From assembly GCA_002269645.1 (NCBI GenBank), contig NIVC01000512.1, positions 1 through 64,000 of the forward strand: a stretch of DNA of 64,000 nt. Reading direction: 5' to 3'. This DNA comes from Macrostomum lignano (Eukaryota). How positions within the stretch are numbered: position 1 is the first letter of the stretch; every line of letters starts with the position of its first letter. Below, in pieces: positions 1 to 22,800 of this stretch. Below the pieces are notes generated by a model. That model ran no database searches. It was given only the letters and a program-made list of their open reading frames with translations, and had not been told where the DNA came from. The position numbers were made by a program, and so were the translations under genes.

Positions 1-70
1 TGGCCATTTCTTTCTCCTTCTGCCACCCACTCCTCTGCAGTTAGCCCCTTTCCCTTTAGGCTCGCCCTCC

Positions 71-603
71 CTCTAGGGTCCGCTCTCACGGTCACTCTGG
101 GGTCCGCTCTCACGGTCACTCTAGGGTCCGCTCTCACGGTCACTCTTAGGGTCCGCTCTCACGGTCACTCTAGTGTCCGCTCTCATCGGTCACTCTTAGG
201 GTCCGCTCTCACGGTCACTCTAGGTCCTCTCACGGTCACTCTAGGGTCCGCTCTCACGGTCACTCTAGGGTCCGCTCTCACGGTCACTCTAGGGTCCTCT
301 CCCACGGTCACTCTAGGGTCCGCTCTCACGTTCACTCTAGGGTCCGCTCTCACGGTCACTCTAGGGTCCGCTCTCACGGTCACTCTAGGTCCGCTCTCAC
401 GGTCACTCTAGGGTCCGCTCTCACGTTCACTCTAGGGTCCGCTCTCACGGTCACTCTAGGGTCCGCTCTCACGGTCACTCTAGGGTCCGCTCTCACGGTC
501 ACTCTAGGGTCCTCTCTCGGTCACTCTAGGGTCCGCTCTCACGGTCATTCTTGGGTCCACTCTCACGTCATTCTTGGGTCCACTCTCACGGTCATTCTAG
601 GGC
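71..603. repeat. 24-bp minisatellite GGTCACTCTAGGGTCCGCTCTCAC, about 22 copies
   Basis: Tandem periodicity seen directly; ends about 140 bp upstream of the SLC38A10-like ATG. Confidence 0.97.
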
Positions 604-741
604 CTGCTCTCTAGGTCGCTCTAATGCAAATAAGGACTAGAAAATCCTGGACAAAAACTTTTCATGCCAAATTCACCAGCCAGAGGCGCCTCTCAACCAG
701 ATTGACAGTTCTAGTTAGGCCAGTGAACTGTTGACGGCCAG

Positions 742-9400
<8,659 letters not shown>

Positions 9401-11297
9401 AAAAGACTTGGAATAAATATGTTTATGGATTGTCTGCCAAATGACTCATCATCGATCGATATTCCTGGCCGGCATTTCGCACCGAGGCTCAGCAGCTCAT
9501 CGGGTCATCCACACTGTAGCTAAAATGATTTCGCCGTTTTCTACAGTTTTTAACATCTTTCTTAATCCAGAGTACTTTTGCCTGTTTTAAAAATCCCCTT
9601 GTTTTCACTTTATGCTTTGTATCTGGTTCCTTGAAATCTTTGTTCACGCAGCATTCCTACTAGACTTGAAATATACTTGTTAGTCACTGTGTACACAGAA
9701 AGTTTTTGTAAATCATCTCACTAGACTGATTGTTCGTAAAACACAAACTTTAATGATCTTTTCGTTAATAACTTCTTTATCGCGCAGATCGATCGAATGA
9801 CGTTATAAAAACTTTGAAAAACTGGTTAGAGTCAGTTCACAGGCCCAGTTGACCTCTGCAAATCGCATTTTACTTTTGTCAGCCAAGTTAATATTCTAGT
9901 AATGACAATTGCCATTTGGCAGCAGTGTACCAAGTTGAAATTTCTGATCATACAAATCTAGATCTGCAGTTAATCTACGGTAGATCTGATCTACTGCATG
10001 GGTCCATGTTTAAGCCAAGGACTTCTTAAGGTCTTAAGGTGTGATTAAGACGCCCTTGGTTTAAGCATGATTTCAATTAGCTCAAAAATACGAGGGGTGT
10101 CTCAGAAGTTTCCGGACTGAGTACCTTGGTACAAACCAATTTAATAATCCGATATTCTAAAAAGTTAATTTGAATCAATCTCGAACAAAAGAACTTAGTG
10201 AAATCCACAAAATTTGAGTCTATATAGCGTCCGACATGCGGCGTTCTGATTGTCTATTATAGACGTTTCAGTTGTGACCAGTCGAATTAAAGAATAGAGC
10301 AGGCATTCAAGTTTACTTTATATACAATAATATCTCTACGAAATTGTCTTGGATAAAATCAACAAAATCAATTGCTATGACTTTGAAGCTCGGGAATTTC
10401 GTGCACGTGTAAAAAACTAAATCTAAATTCTAAACATGTGCTGCATTTTGTACAGTAGTATCAGACGCGCATGATAGCTAAAAATAAAAAATTCAACACA
10501 TAAATTGTCCACATTGAATCCATTGGGAGCATCCACGACAGTCAGAAATTATGGAGACTGCTGATCCTCTTTCACCAGATCGTCAATGACAAACCAGATG
10601 CAGTGGAGCTGAAGGGGGTAATTTAATAGTGTCTGTTGATCAAACACTATAGAGTTTTTATATCAAAAACTATATACGGTTACTACTGGTAGTGCATCAT
10701 ACTACTTACACGTTTTCGAGTGCATTGGAAATTGAGAGAAGTTTAAAAAATGCTTAGGTTTTTTCTGAAATATGCGTATTAATTAAGCTACTAAACTGAG
10801 TAGTTTACGGTCTGCGCAGACTGAGCTGACCCGATCATATAGCATAATCGACTTAGTGTAGATAAAATCAATTAGCTTGAACAGTAGAACTCAAGGACTA
10901 AATTCTAGTGATGAAAGGCGCCGAAACGCCTTCGGCGACATCGTCTCACAACCAGCAGGCTGGGGCAATTCTGCCCATTCTGCTGACACCTGAGCTGAGC
11001 TGTTCTGCCCCGTTCTCTACTGATTAACCTCTAATTAGTTAGCACTAGCGCACCAAGCCCCTCATGGGGGCATTCAAATTCATAATACTTCCAAATCGAT
11101 TTTTTCATCAGTGGGTTTTCTGTATTCTTTCTATACATATCGCATTTGGCAGTTTCATATTTTTCGATACACATCGGTTTTATTTCCCTAGTTTTACATT
11201 TTTCGATACATATCGGCATTATTTCTCCAGCTTTAAATTTTTCAATACATATCGGCTTTATTTCACGGCCAGATTGTTCTCGAAAAGATCAATTACA

Positions 11298-11310
11298 CAG
11301 ACAGACAGAC

Positions 11311-11387
<77 letters not shown>

Positions 11388-11437
11388 GGCAGGCAGGCAG
11401 GCAGGCAGGCAGACACTAAGAAAGAGACAGACAGACA
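11298..11437. repeat. (CAGA)n/(CAGG)n microsatellite
   Basis: Seen directly. Confidence 0.97.
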
Positions 11438-11468
11438 AACAGCGCAAAATTCGTATATAGATTCGCAC

Positions 11469-12602
11469 CTCGGCAGCCAGAGCCAAGAGCCGTCCGGTGT
11501 AGAGCGCCGTCAGCGCCGCCCACTGCAGCGCCGGGCAGCCCAGGATGAAGCCGGGCAGCATCGCCCTGGCCAGCAGGAAGTGCGCCATGGGCAGGCCGAA
11601 CAGGCCGGCCATCGCCAGCGCACCCATCGGATTGTAGAATCCATTGTCGAATAGCCGGCTGAGCCAGCCGGGCATTTGGCGTTGCACGTTCGACTTCCAG
11701 GCGGCGGCGGCCGACGCAGTGGCGACGGAGCGGCGCTGATTGGCGGCAAAGGCGAGCCACTCGACACTGACGAACAGCGGGCCGAGCCGGCTGCCGCTGA
11801 GGTGCCAGAGGCAAGCGCGGCCGAGGTTGTCGCAGATGACGTCCAGCCAGGCGCCGAGGCTGGAGGTTTGCTTCAGGCGGCGAGCGGCCCAGCCGTCCAC
11901 CAGGTCAAGCAGGGAGGAGGCGACGTAGCACAGAGGGAAGGCGGCTTCGCTGAGCGGCAGGAGGAGCAGGCCGGCGAGCAGGAAGAGCAGGCGAGCATAA
12001 TCTGCGGGAAGGGCCGGCTCCAGGCGGTTGGGGGCTCTGCAAGCAAATTGCTTTACCGCAAATACAGCTGCAGTGGGAGCGGTAGCTTTTGGGAGATTTT
12101 CCTGTGGAAGATTTACCCGTGAGAGATTTCCTAGGGGAGATTTTCCAGTGGGAGACTTCCCTGTACGATATTTTCTATTTGGAGATTTCCCATTAAGACA
12201 GATTTCGAGCAAAGATTTCCCAGCAGGAATTTTTCTCGCCGAGCATTTCCTACGTGAGGTAGATTTCTTCATTACTTTCTATGAGGCTTCCTGATATCTA
12301 GAGGAAAATGGCTTTCTCCAGAAGGTTCTTTAGGTAAAAAACGATTCTAAAAATCATCCTAGAAAATTCTTTTGGCATTCCCCATATCATATAATTACAA
12401 ATCAACGTATGCCCCTCTTTAACTCTTACAGAATCCAATTATATGGAAGTAATTCAAACTACACCTGGAATCAAACATGACCTTTCAAACAAAAATAAAA
12501 CAATGCTACTACAATTGCAGGTTTGAAAAGGATTTTTCACTTACCTATTAGGTTTGGCACATATAAATAAATGTTTTTTCTGTTGTTGGAGCCTTTCTTC
12601 AT
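11469..12602 (-). CDS. CDP-alcohol phosphatidyltransferase family membrane protein (PIS/CDIPT-related); 3' end unresolved
   Basis: Exon 1 12602-12545 (MKKGSNNRKNIYLYVPNLI, donor GTAAGT) joins exon 2 from 12001 (acceptor CCCGCAG) to give LYVPNLIDYARLL. Contains the family motif DxxDGxxARx8GxxxDxxxD as DLVDGWAARRLKQTSSLGAWLDVICD. Exon 2 ends at a possible donor at 11468 or reads on into a (GTCT)n tract to the stop at 11289. Confidence 0.85.
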
Positions 12603-14642
12603 TTTAAAAATTAATAAAAATAATAGGTCTTTTTATTATGTAAATCTGATTGTCTGAAACAAAGTTAAGAGATGAAGAGATAAATATCCTTAAAAAACAT
12701 TTTTCTTGACAATAATCAATAAATTTATATGCAATTTGTCGTAATTCTAAATTTATTCAGAACTATGTACATCAACATCATTACTTAATAATAAATCATA
12801 TATATTGTTAGCTATGGCTTCAATAAATATTTGTTTCTTATAGAAATTTTCTATTGATTATTTACTATGCAAAACTTATATGGGACTGACATGAACAATC
12901 GGAAATTAGTTGGTAATTATTCATTCATTAAACAGAATTTTTGGTAAAAAAACACAGAGTTCGCTTGAATATAATTGATATAATAACTGATCAATACTGT
13001 ATCAAAGTAGCTTAGACTTGCTTATATAAATTTGTGAACATTTTTGTGTCAGCATTTTTGCTTAATGAAAAAGTATAGTCAAACGAACTCGTTCTTGTGT
13101 CTAATGAGATGCAATAATATGAAACATTTTTTTGAACATACTGGTATTATCTAATCTATATAGTCAAATTATTTTGTAAGCCACACCATTGCTCATAAAT
13201 AAAAAACTAATTCTAGCCAAGCTGTATAGCTTGTATGATTAAAAGTGAGTAATTTGGTCGATGACTGGGTGGCAAACTAAGAATCAGCTACATTAGTGAA
13301 ATATTATATTTTTAATATCTTGATTGAGGCTTGATAAGAGACAAGTTCGAAACAAAAACAACAAAGGGGTGCGACGGTCATACATTTATACATATACATG
13401 TGCTACAACTCAAATTCTATAAAAAATGCATAATAATTCTAGTTTTCGGAGCTTCAAAAAATGGTTTCCAGTGATCTAGCAAATTATAGAATAGTACAGG
13501 TAGGCCAAGTCTAGATAGACAGCCTAGTCTTTCTTGGGAAATTCTTTGAAAGTTTTAGTTTTAAATTTTATGCTTACATTAACAAACATACGCTTGTATT
13601 ACTATTTTAGTATCGTAGAGACCTATAATGAATTTAAGCAGATGAGCATAAATTAAAATACGTCGAACCAGCTTATCCAATGAAATAGAATTTGAATTTA
13701 GTTTTAAAGCTTCTTATGCTAAATGAAATATTTTGTATGCAGTTAATTAACTAATCGACAAATATATGCACTGAAATCAGAATTCAAATGAATTGTTGTA
13801 TTACACTACAATGGTGTTTAACAGAGAGTTTTTGAGATTCATTCACTACCCCGATTTTTTCGTAATGTTTTTGACAGACTATTTATGCCACACAGTGCTT
13901 ATGCTTCCGAGCTTATGTCCGAGCTGCTTCCCCCTCGAGTTGGTAGCCATGCAGACAACGCTCTAGATTGAATCTGCATAAATTTTACCCCTTTTACTTT
14001 CCGATTGGCCTTTTAACTCGTATCTATCATTCGCAAAGTTCAGTCGAGCCTGGAGTGAAATCATATAGGATGAAAAATGATCTGGGCTGAAAGAGCCAGA
14101 ATATATTTGAACTCGCTGCAATACAATGCTAGATTTTACAGTTTCTTGGAATCGCTGGGTAGACGCGCTCGGACGAACTTTGGCATTGATGAGTGAGCCC
14201 TAATTTTTCCGCGGGTAAGCTGCCCCGGATGAAAAATTGCAAGTGCATCCAGCTCGATTGCCCAGCGGGGCCCAGTGCATAACCATGTCGGTCAGTCAGC
14301 CGGGGGAGGTCGCGAATTATCGCTGATGCGATTCCCGCGCAGCGCAGAGTCGCCACCATATCTTATGTGGAAAATAAAAAATCGAAGTCAATTCGACCCT
14401 GCAGCCCAAAATCTCAGTCCCTTTGAGGATATTTACCGGCTTATTAAACACTCGAAATAATTTAAACGACCATAAATCACCGGACCAGCAAGGCACACAG
14501 CTCCTGATAGTACTTATCACCAAGCACTTTTCAACGGAGATAATCATGGAGCAACAGCAGCAACATCTGAGAGCACGCTGCGTTCAAGCATGGCCTCATG
14601 TTTTCTTAGAATAGGAAAATAGGGCACAAAATAATGCTGCCT

Positions 14643-14870
14643 TGTCTCCTGTATCTCCCTGTCTCTCCCTGTCTCTCCCTGTCTCTCCCTGTCTCTCCCT
14701 GTCTCTCCCTGTCTCTCTGTCTCTCCCTGTCTCTCTGTCTCTCTCTGTCTCTCCCTGTCTCTCTGTCTCTCCCTGTCTCTCTGTCTCTCCCTGTCTCTCC
14801 CTGTCTCACCCTCTCTGTCTCTCCCTATCTCTCGCTCTGTCTCTCTTCCCCTATATCTCACTCTCTGTCT
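14643..14870. repeat. 10-bp CTGTCTCTCC repeat
   Basis: Seen directly. Confidence 0.93.
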
Positions 14871-15463
14871 CGCCCTCCCCGTATCCTGCCTCTCTCACCC
14901 AGATCAGCATTTTTCTGCAGATTATGTTATTGCAGTTTATTAACCTTGCATATACGATCTAAATGTTAGTTTTGTCTTGTATGTTTTGCTAAATGTAGTT
15001 GTTCAAGACCACAGTCGATAATTTTAAGATTAAAATGCACCCCAGACAGCGACATCAATTTCTTTTTTTTCAGGCTTAGGTCCACCTCCGCAGGTGGTCG
15101 GCACTTGCCGGGCCAACGGCGCAATGTGGATGGCTAGTGAGCAGTGCCAATGCCTGAGAAGTGTCTCAATGCACGCCCCCTGCGCCTTGCCGGGTTGTGA
15201 GTGGGCGGCCCGGCAGCCAAATAGCAGCTTGAGCACTTAATTCCTCTGGCAACCGGCCCTAGTCACCTATACCGCCTCCCCCCGCCTGCTCAGAGACAGC
15301 GAAGCATGTCCAAAATTGGATTTCGAATGCATGCGCACATGAGCTGTCCGCCTAGTCTGGTTTTGATCTGCTTGAACTGTGCACTCGCAATCTCACAGTT
15401 TACTGACTGCGCTTTTTAACTGGGCTGCAACACCCACCGCCATTCCATTGCTGGATTTTGGCC

Positions 15464-15651
<188 letters not shown>

Positions 15652-16826
15652 TTCCGTTTTAGTGTTTGTCTGTCTGTCACAAGTGCTCAAACTCTCAACC
15701 AGTCTCCCTGCTTCATCAGCATTACTTTCTCAGTCTATATTAGGCATTGCTAGTTGCGCACGAGTTTTACAACCTGTCTCGGCAGGCATTCCTCAAGTGC
15801 AGCAGCGCGCCAGTCCGTGAGACAATCGCGTGTTCCCCACCCACCCAGCCAGCCCGGCAATCCAAAGCGGCATTTGCGCTGCCAGTTTTATGGCTGCTCC
15901 AATCTGCTCTATCGTTGGCGTCTTCTCCTGCTCAAGCGGGTAGATAAACTGTGATTTTCAAACTGCAATCATTGAAAATCCGATGAAATTAGGCAGCTCA
16001 TTTTACCGGTACAAGCACCTCATAATATAAATAATCTATTTAAAAAACCTGGGGAGAAGAGACTGGACAGCCAGACAGCAGAAGCCGCTGCTCAGGTGTC
16101 TGCACACATCTGTCATATATCAGAGGTGGGGCGAACTCACTCAGTGCGGGGGAGTTGCCAACCCCAGAACGCCCTGTTTGCTTGGGTGGTCCCGACGACT
16201 CAACCTGGAATTCACTAATTCGCCCTATACGAACGCAAGAGACAAGAGAGAGAAAGAGCTGGGAGAGTACTAGGGCAGAAGACACCTCAACTGGCAAGGC
16301 CCCCGCCTCATCAGGCTCACAAGAGTTTTCTAAATAAGACAGGAGGACTGGGGGGCAGCGCGCTGGGCCCCAAAACGCTGCGCTTTGTCCCGTCGCCATT
16401 GGGCAGCGAGAGACTCGCCTGAGCGGAGGAGAGAGACCCAGTGCTGGGGGTTGGCCGCGACCGAGTGGAGCACACAGCTCAGGACACGCGCGCTCTGCGT
16501 AGTTTGCGAGCTCTCTACTTCCAGAAGAAAAAGCAGGTGCCGGCAAATTTCTCATCGCAATCTCGTTTTTACTGTCGATCTTCTGCTTTTATTTCTTGCT
16601 CTCTCAATTCCAGCTCGCTGGAGGAGATAAAGAGGACTGATAGGCAGACTGGAACAAGACTGCACGAGAGCTTATCTGGCCTCTGCTTCTCTCTACTAAA
16701 TCTGTCTGCTTCTTCCTAAACCCCTGTGCAACGGGCACCAGAAATTTTAGCGCGCCAAAAGCAAACTGAAATTCAAATTAGGCGGCTGGAACGGACGAAA
16801 CCATGCTGGGCTGAATCAGACAGCGA

Positions 16827-19800
16827 ATGCCGCCAGCTGCTCCCATGCAGCACAGGAGTCCGCTGCTCCAGGCCATGCCCTTGCTGCTCCTGCTGCTGCT
16901 CCTGCTGCTGCCCAACGCCTCGCTGGGCCAGAGAGCTCGACAGCGACACAAGCAGCGCTGGAGAAGGCTGCCCGCCAAGCAGCTGCCATCAAGTGAGTGC
17001 GGCCACGAGTTTCACGACGCTCAGTCCAAGTGGCTGCAGTCCGACCTCGTCCTGCGCGCCACCTGGCGGGCAAGCGACGAGTCAACGCCGACCAAAAACG
17101 GCGCTTACAACATCTCCATGACGGTCGGGTCGCAGCTGAAGCCGTGGCGGCAGAACCTGGAGGGCCGGCGCATCACGGTCGGCACATTCAACCGGACCCA
17201 GGTGCGCCAGCAGCGAGCCAGGCAGCGGCAGACCTGCATGCCGTGCGACCTGCGCCGGCGCCCAGCTGGCTACGTGTTCTTCCTGACGGCCACGCGAGAC
17301 CCCGGCTTCTTCCGCCTGGCCTTCCTGCCTGCGCGCTTCAAGAAGAAGCTGAAGAAAAAGTTCAACCGGGTGCAGTGCAACGAGATGCGGGCCTGCCGTG
17401 AGTTTTTAACCATAGATTTTGCTGGCCCTCTAGTTAATCAGAATTGAGGAGGCGGGGTGGCTAAAATATGACAAAGAGCTACCAGCTCTGTGCACTGGCT
17501 TTTGCTATGCCCTGCTGGTGTACATCAGAAAGCGGAGTGCTTACGGCACTACAATTTATAAGTTGAACTTTCTTTTTTTCTTTAATCAGAATATTTGGTC
17601 ATTCGAGTTATTCGGACATTTTCCATGTGTATGTATGTAAATCGTGCAAATCTCAGTGGAAATTTAGCTTACTTGACTGTCTCTGATTGCATTTCTACGA
17701 AAATTATTGTGAAAAACTGATGTCGTATGAATCAAGTTTGAATTAAGAAATTAGATAAGGCTGATTTCACTGGTATCTTGTCTTGCTCTTACTTGGGATT
17801 TCGTCTTCAGCTTTGGAAGCAATCAAGATTGGCTCTCTGTGTTAGCTCGACAACTCTTTATAGTTTCACGATATTTCTGCCAAAAATTTTGGCAACAACA
17901 AGTAACTTCTTTCTTTTCCCGCTACTTTGCTTTTATATTTCTTCCCTAGCTTCTTTATATTTCTTCCCGGTCTCCCACGGCCAAAAGCATGCAGGCATGC
18001 AATCATCATTTTCTGCAAGATGGGGTTATTATAATGTAATTATCTATTCACGTACCTGGCAAGGCTGTCTTTTCCTGTCCGAAGTAGTTCATCTTAAAAG
18101 ACGTAGAGATAAGGATTCTTTTCAGGGATATTGCATTGTGCTGGATTTGTTCTCCTAATTACTTGCCAAGGCTACAGGAAATCATCATCTGGGCAGCTGA
18201 CTGTACAAACCGACGATTCACCCGGGGCTTCAAAAGAGTCATAAAGCTGAAGAATGAGTTCTTAGAAAATGACTGTGAAGACTGTAGACGCCACGCTACT
18301 CATATTGAAACTGATGGCTGCAAGCTCGCAATATGCAAATCTTACTGAGCTGTCAATTTTTCACTAAACTTTTGCTTTTAATTCCCTCAAATTTCCTCAA
18401 AGAATGCAAGACTGGTTCCTTTGAATTACGTCAGAAAGTGTTGAGAGCTAAGATGCTCAACTTGTCAGAAATTTGTCTTCAAGCTTATCAACACTTTTTT
18501 GCGACGAGTTTTTTATATCCATTAAAGGATGTCTGTTCTGACACAGATTATTGCAAGATTACCAGCTAGCTTTCAACCCAGTGGTACTGACACTTCGGCA
18601 CAGGCTTAGTAGAGCTCGAAAAGTGGGACTAAAGACTGAAGCAACGAAAAGAAACGAAAGATGGTCGAAAGTGGACTCAGAAAGCCTGGACTGGCTTCTC
18701 GAAGAAACCCGAGATTCTCTCGGGGGGGGGGCATACAAAATTGCTTTTGCGGTTGAGTTTCCAATTAAACTTGCTTTAAAGAAAAATAGCGCAGGCAATG
18801 GGAAAAGCTTTGAGTTCAAGAAGAGGACTTTGGGGATTGAATGATAGTAAGAAGAAAGGGGGGGGGTAAAAAATCAGAAAACAGCCAGATGAGGAAACCG
18901 TGGAAGATTTTCGACCTTACTTATCCGCTCGAGAGGGAATCAAATGAAGATTTACGTCGCGAGGATTTGGAGCGGGCGGCTGGGCGGCTCACTGACAGCT
19001 GCGCAGGCCCGGATGTCCCACCAAATTCTGTACGGTTGTTTATCCCGAGAGCCAGGCTTTCCGCGGGCCTGAAGCTGCACTATAACTTCTCCACTCAGCT
19101 CCCGTAGGTATACTGATGTTCGAACAGATATGAACAAAAATTTGCCGCTTTGGATTCGAAAATAAAAAAACAATAGTGCAGACAGTTGCGAACTCAGACA
19201 ACAGAGATCAGCAAGCAACAGCAGAAAAGAACAGGGTCACAATGGTATGCCTTGGAGCTGGACTCAAAAAGCGCGATGTGCTCCCCTTTCCATAACACAA
19301 ACTTTACCGAGCAGAATAATTTTAGGCAGAATAAATATTTCTTAGTATCCCTTAAGCGCACCCCTTAGGTTCCTAAGCGTTATCAGGCGATCTGCTGAGG
19401 TATTTTAGTTTGGTTTATAAGACTTTCTAAAGGGTGGATACCGACTGTTTTATCGGAGAATGCCTTAGAGGCTTCTGCATGCTTACTGGCAAACAAAATA
19501 GCTTTTTGTCTGCCGATAAGCAAAGTGCTGGTGCAATTCGAAAGAGATTTTTGTTTCAGTCATTTATCAGTTCCAACAAATTAAACCCCAGTCTTATTCG
19601 CCGACTATCAATCGCTGCAGGTGTTGAAACTACAATATGCGGTAAGCCGTTCGATCAAGTCGGTCCCCTTTTACCAACAGGCTGTTCCTGTGTTAAAGAA
19701 TTAAAGAGAAGTTTCTTAACAGGCCTTCGAAAGGCTGCCCTAACACAATTAGCAAGCATTGAGGCGGCGTGTCACTCACCCCCTCACCTTGCTGTGCGGC

Positions 19801-22800
19801 AGTGTAGGAGTACAGTGTATGCTCGAACGGGCCTACTACTAGCAATATCAGTTGCAATTTGCAATCCCTGCAGGCAACGAAATGCACAGTTGAAAGTGTC
19901 GAGTGCAGTGAAACCATAGAGACGTAATTTTGAGCACATTTTGTATCTTCCAATTTCATAACCAAATCTTACCTCAGCTGTATGGACGCTGATGGTCGTA
20001 TTTACGCTCGTAATGTAACACAATTATATTTATATATTTATACAAACATTTATTCCATGATTGCTTAAGCCACTTCTTCTGCGCATTTAAGTACACGAAT
20101 TCACCTTCTTATTATTAGACAAATAACTCCTCAGGGTTCTAGACTCACTGTATTCCGATCCTAAGTTTTAGTTATTAATCATAGTGAATTTTTAACAACG
20201 TGATGTGAATATTGGTCTCGATGAATGGGATCATCCGCCGTCAATTTTCGAGCGAACTGATCTAAATTACGCGTGTAGGTTAAGAATGAAGACACAAAAA
20301 TCAAGGAACGCTCCGACGGTACTAATTGTTTAAGTTTTGATTGTCGCACTTGAAGCTCTTTATCTATAGAATACTCGCACATCGTACTCTTTTCCTTAAC
20401 CAAAACGTTTGTTACAAGGAAGTTTTTAAAAAAATGCAAATTGCCAATTTTCCTTTTCCAGCGCGTCCCCCGCAACTGGTGAAGGAGATGCGCAAACGAA
20501 TCCGAAGGATCAGCCGCAGGCGCGGTGGCAGCCGTGGGATGCGGCTGCGACTGCGGCTGGTGTGCCGAGCGAACGGGCTGCCCCGTCCGAGGCCGCTATG
20601 GCTGCGCGACGGCGAGCCAGTTAAACTGGGCCGGGGCAGGGTGGCGCAGTTCAAGACCAGGTGAGTTTCTTAGAGGCAGGGGCTGTGAGCACCCTGGCGC
20701 ACTTTAGGCGACATTGTCATACAACCGGCGAGAGGCATTGATGATGCATCCGATTATCGCTCTACAGTCGCTGCATTTGATTTCGTGCACGACCACTGCT
20801 GTACACCCTGTGATCAAGTGCGCGCTTGGGGGCTAGCGAAATCGGGCATGACTTGGTCATTTCTGCAAATCATCTGCCCTCGTCTCTGTTTAATTTATTA
20901 CAAGTGTCTCTCCCTCTCTGGTCTGTAGCTCAGTCTTGTTATTCCTATCACTCTCCCTCTCTGGTCTGTAGTTCAGTCTTGTTATTCTTATCTCTCTCCC
21001 TCTCTGGTCTGTAGCTCAGTCTTGTTATTCCTATCACTCTCCCTCTCTGGTCTGTAGCTCAGTCTTGTTATTCCTATCACTCTCCCTCTCTGGTCTGTAG
21101 TTCAGTCTTGTTATTCTTATCTCTCTCCCTCTCTGGTCTGTAGTTCAGTCTTGTTATTCTTATCTCTCTTCCTCTCTGGTCTGTAGTTCAGTCTTGTTAT
21201 TCTTATCTCTCTCCCTCTCTGGTCTGTAGTTCAGTCTTGTTATTCTTATCTCTCTCCCTCTCTGGTCTGTAGTTCAGTCTTGTTATTCTTATCACTCTTC
21301 CTCTCTGGTCTGTAGTTCAGTCTTGTTATTCTTATCTCTCTCCCTCTCTGGTCTGTAGTTCAGTCTTGTTATTCTTATCACTCTTCCTCTCTGGTCTGTA
21401 GTTCAGTCTTGTTATTCTTATCTCTCTCCCTCTCTGGTCTGTAGTTCAGTCTTGTTATTCTTATCACTCTCCCTCTCTGGTCTGTAGTTCAGTCTTGTTA
21501 TTCCTATCACTCTCCCTCTCTGGTCTGTAGTTCAGTCTTGTTATTCTTATCTCTCTCCCTCTCTGGTCTGTAGTTCAGTCTTGTTATTCTTATCTCTCTC
21601 CCTCTCTGGTCTGTAGTTCAGTCTTGTTATTCTTATCTCTCTCCCTCTCTGGTCTGTAGTTCAGTCTTGTTATTCTTATCACTCTTCCTCTCTGGTCTGT
21701 AGTTCAGTCTTGTTATTCTTATCTCTCTCCCTCTCTGGTCTGTAGTTCAGTCTTGTTATTCTTATCACTCTTCCTCTCTGGTCTGTAGTTCAGTCTTGTT
21801 ATTCTTATCTCTCTCCCTCTCTGGTCTGTAGTTCAGTCTTGTTATTCTTATCACTCTCCCTCTCTGGTCTGTAGTTCAGTCTTGTTATTCTTATCTCTCT
21901 CCCTCTCTGGTCTGTAGTTCAGTCTTGTTATTCTTATCTTTCTCCCTCTCTGGTCTGTAGTTCAGTCTTGTTATTCTTATCTCTCTCCCTCTCTGGTCTG
22001 TAGTTCAGTCTTGTTATTCTTATCTCTCTCCCTCTCTGGTCTGTAGTTCAGTCTTGTTATTCTTATCACTCTCCCTCTCTGGTCTGTAGTTCAGTCTTGT
22101 TATTCTTATCTCTCTCCCTCTCTGGTCTGTAGTTCAGTCTTGTTATTCTTATCTCTCTCCCTCTCTGGTCTGTAGTTCAGTCTTGTTATTCTTATCTCTC
22201 TCCCTCTCTGGTCTGTAGTTCAGTCTTGTTATTCTTATCTCTCTCCCTCTCTGGTCTGTAGTTCAGTCTTGTTATTCTTATCACTCTCCCTCTCTGGTCT
22301 GTAGTTCAGTCTTGTTATTCTTATCACTCTCCCTCTCTGGTCTGTAGTTCAGTCTTGTTATTCTTATCACTCTCCCTCTCTGGTCTACCGTATAGTTCAG
22401 TCTTGTTTTTCTTGTCTCTCTCCCTCTCTGGTCTGTAGTTCAGTCTTGTTATTCTTATCACTCTCCCTCTCTGGTCTACCGTATAGTTCAGTCTTGTTTT
22501 TCTTGTCACTCTCCCTCTCTGGTCTGTAGTTCAGTCTTGTTTTTCTTGTCTCTCTCCCTCTCTGGTCTGTAGTTCAGTCTTGTTTTTCCTGTCTCTCTCC
22601 CTCTCTGGTCTACCGTATAGTTCAGTCTTGTTTTTCTTGTCTCTCTCCCTCTCTGGTCTACCGTATAGTTCAGTCTTGTTTTTCTTATCTCTCTCCCTCT
22701 CTGTTCTACCGTATAGTTCAGTCTTGTTTTTCCTGTCTCTCTCCCTCGCGCGGCCTTCTGATTGGCTCTTCAGTCTCACCTCTTTCCTCAGTCGCGCACT

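Noticed and set aside
10089-10125. TACGAGGGGTGTCTCAGAAGTTTCCGG resembling a Tc1/mariner TIR
   Set aside because: No matching inverted end or transposase found in the window.
14129-15360. GC-rich patches between the CDP-alcohol transferase and neuregulin-like genes, as possible ncRNA or exons
   Set aside because: No tRNA, snRNA, SRP or SL motif recognised and no consistent spliced ORF; may be regulatory.
20905-22745. Regular arrays (43, 50, 24 bp) as possible CRISPR arrays
   Set aside because: Units are head-to-tail with no unique spacers, there are no cas genes, and the context is eukaryotic.
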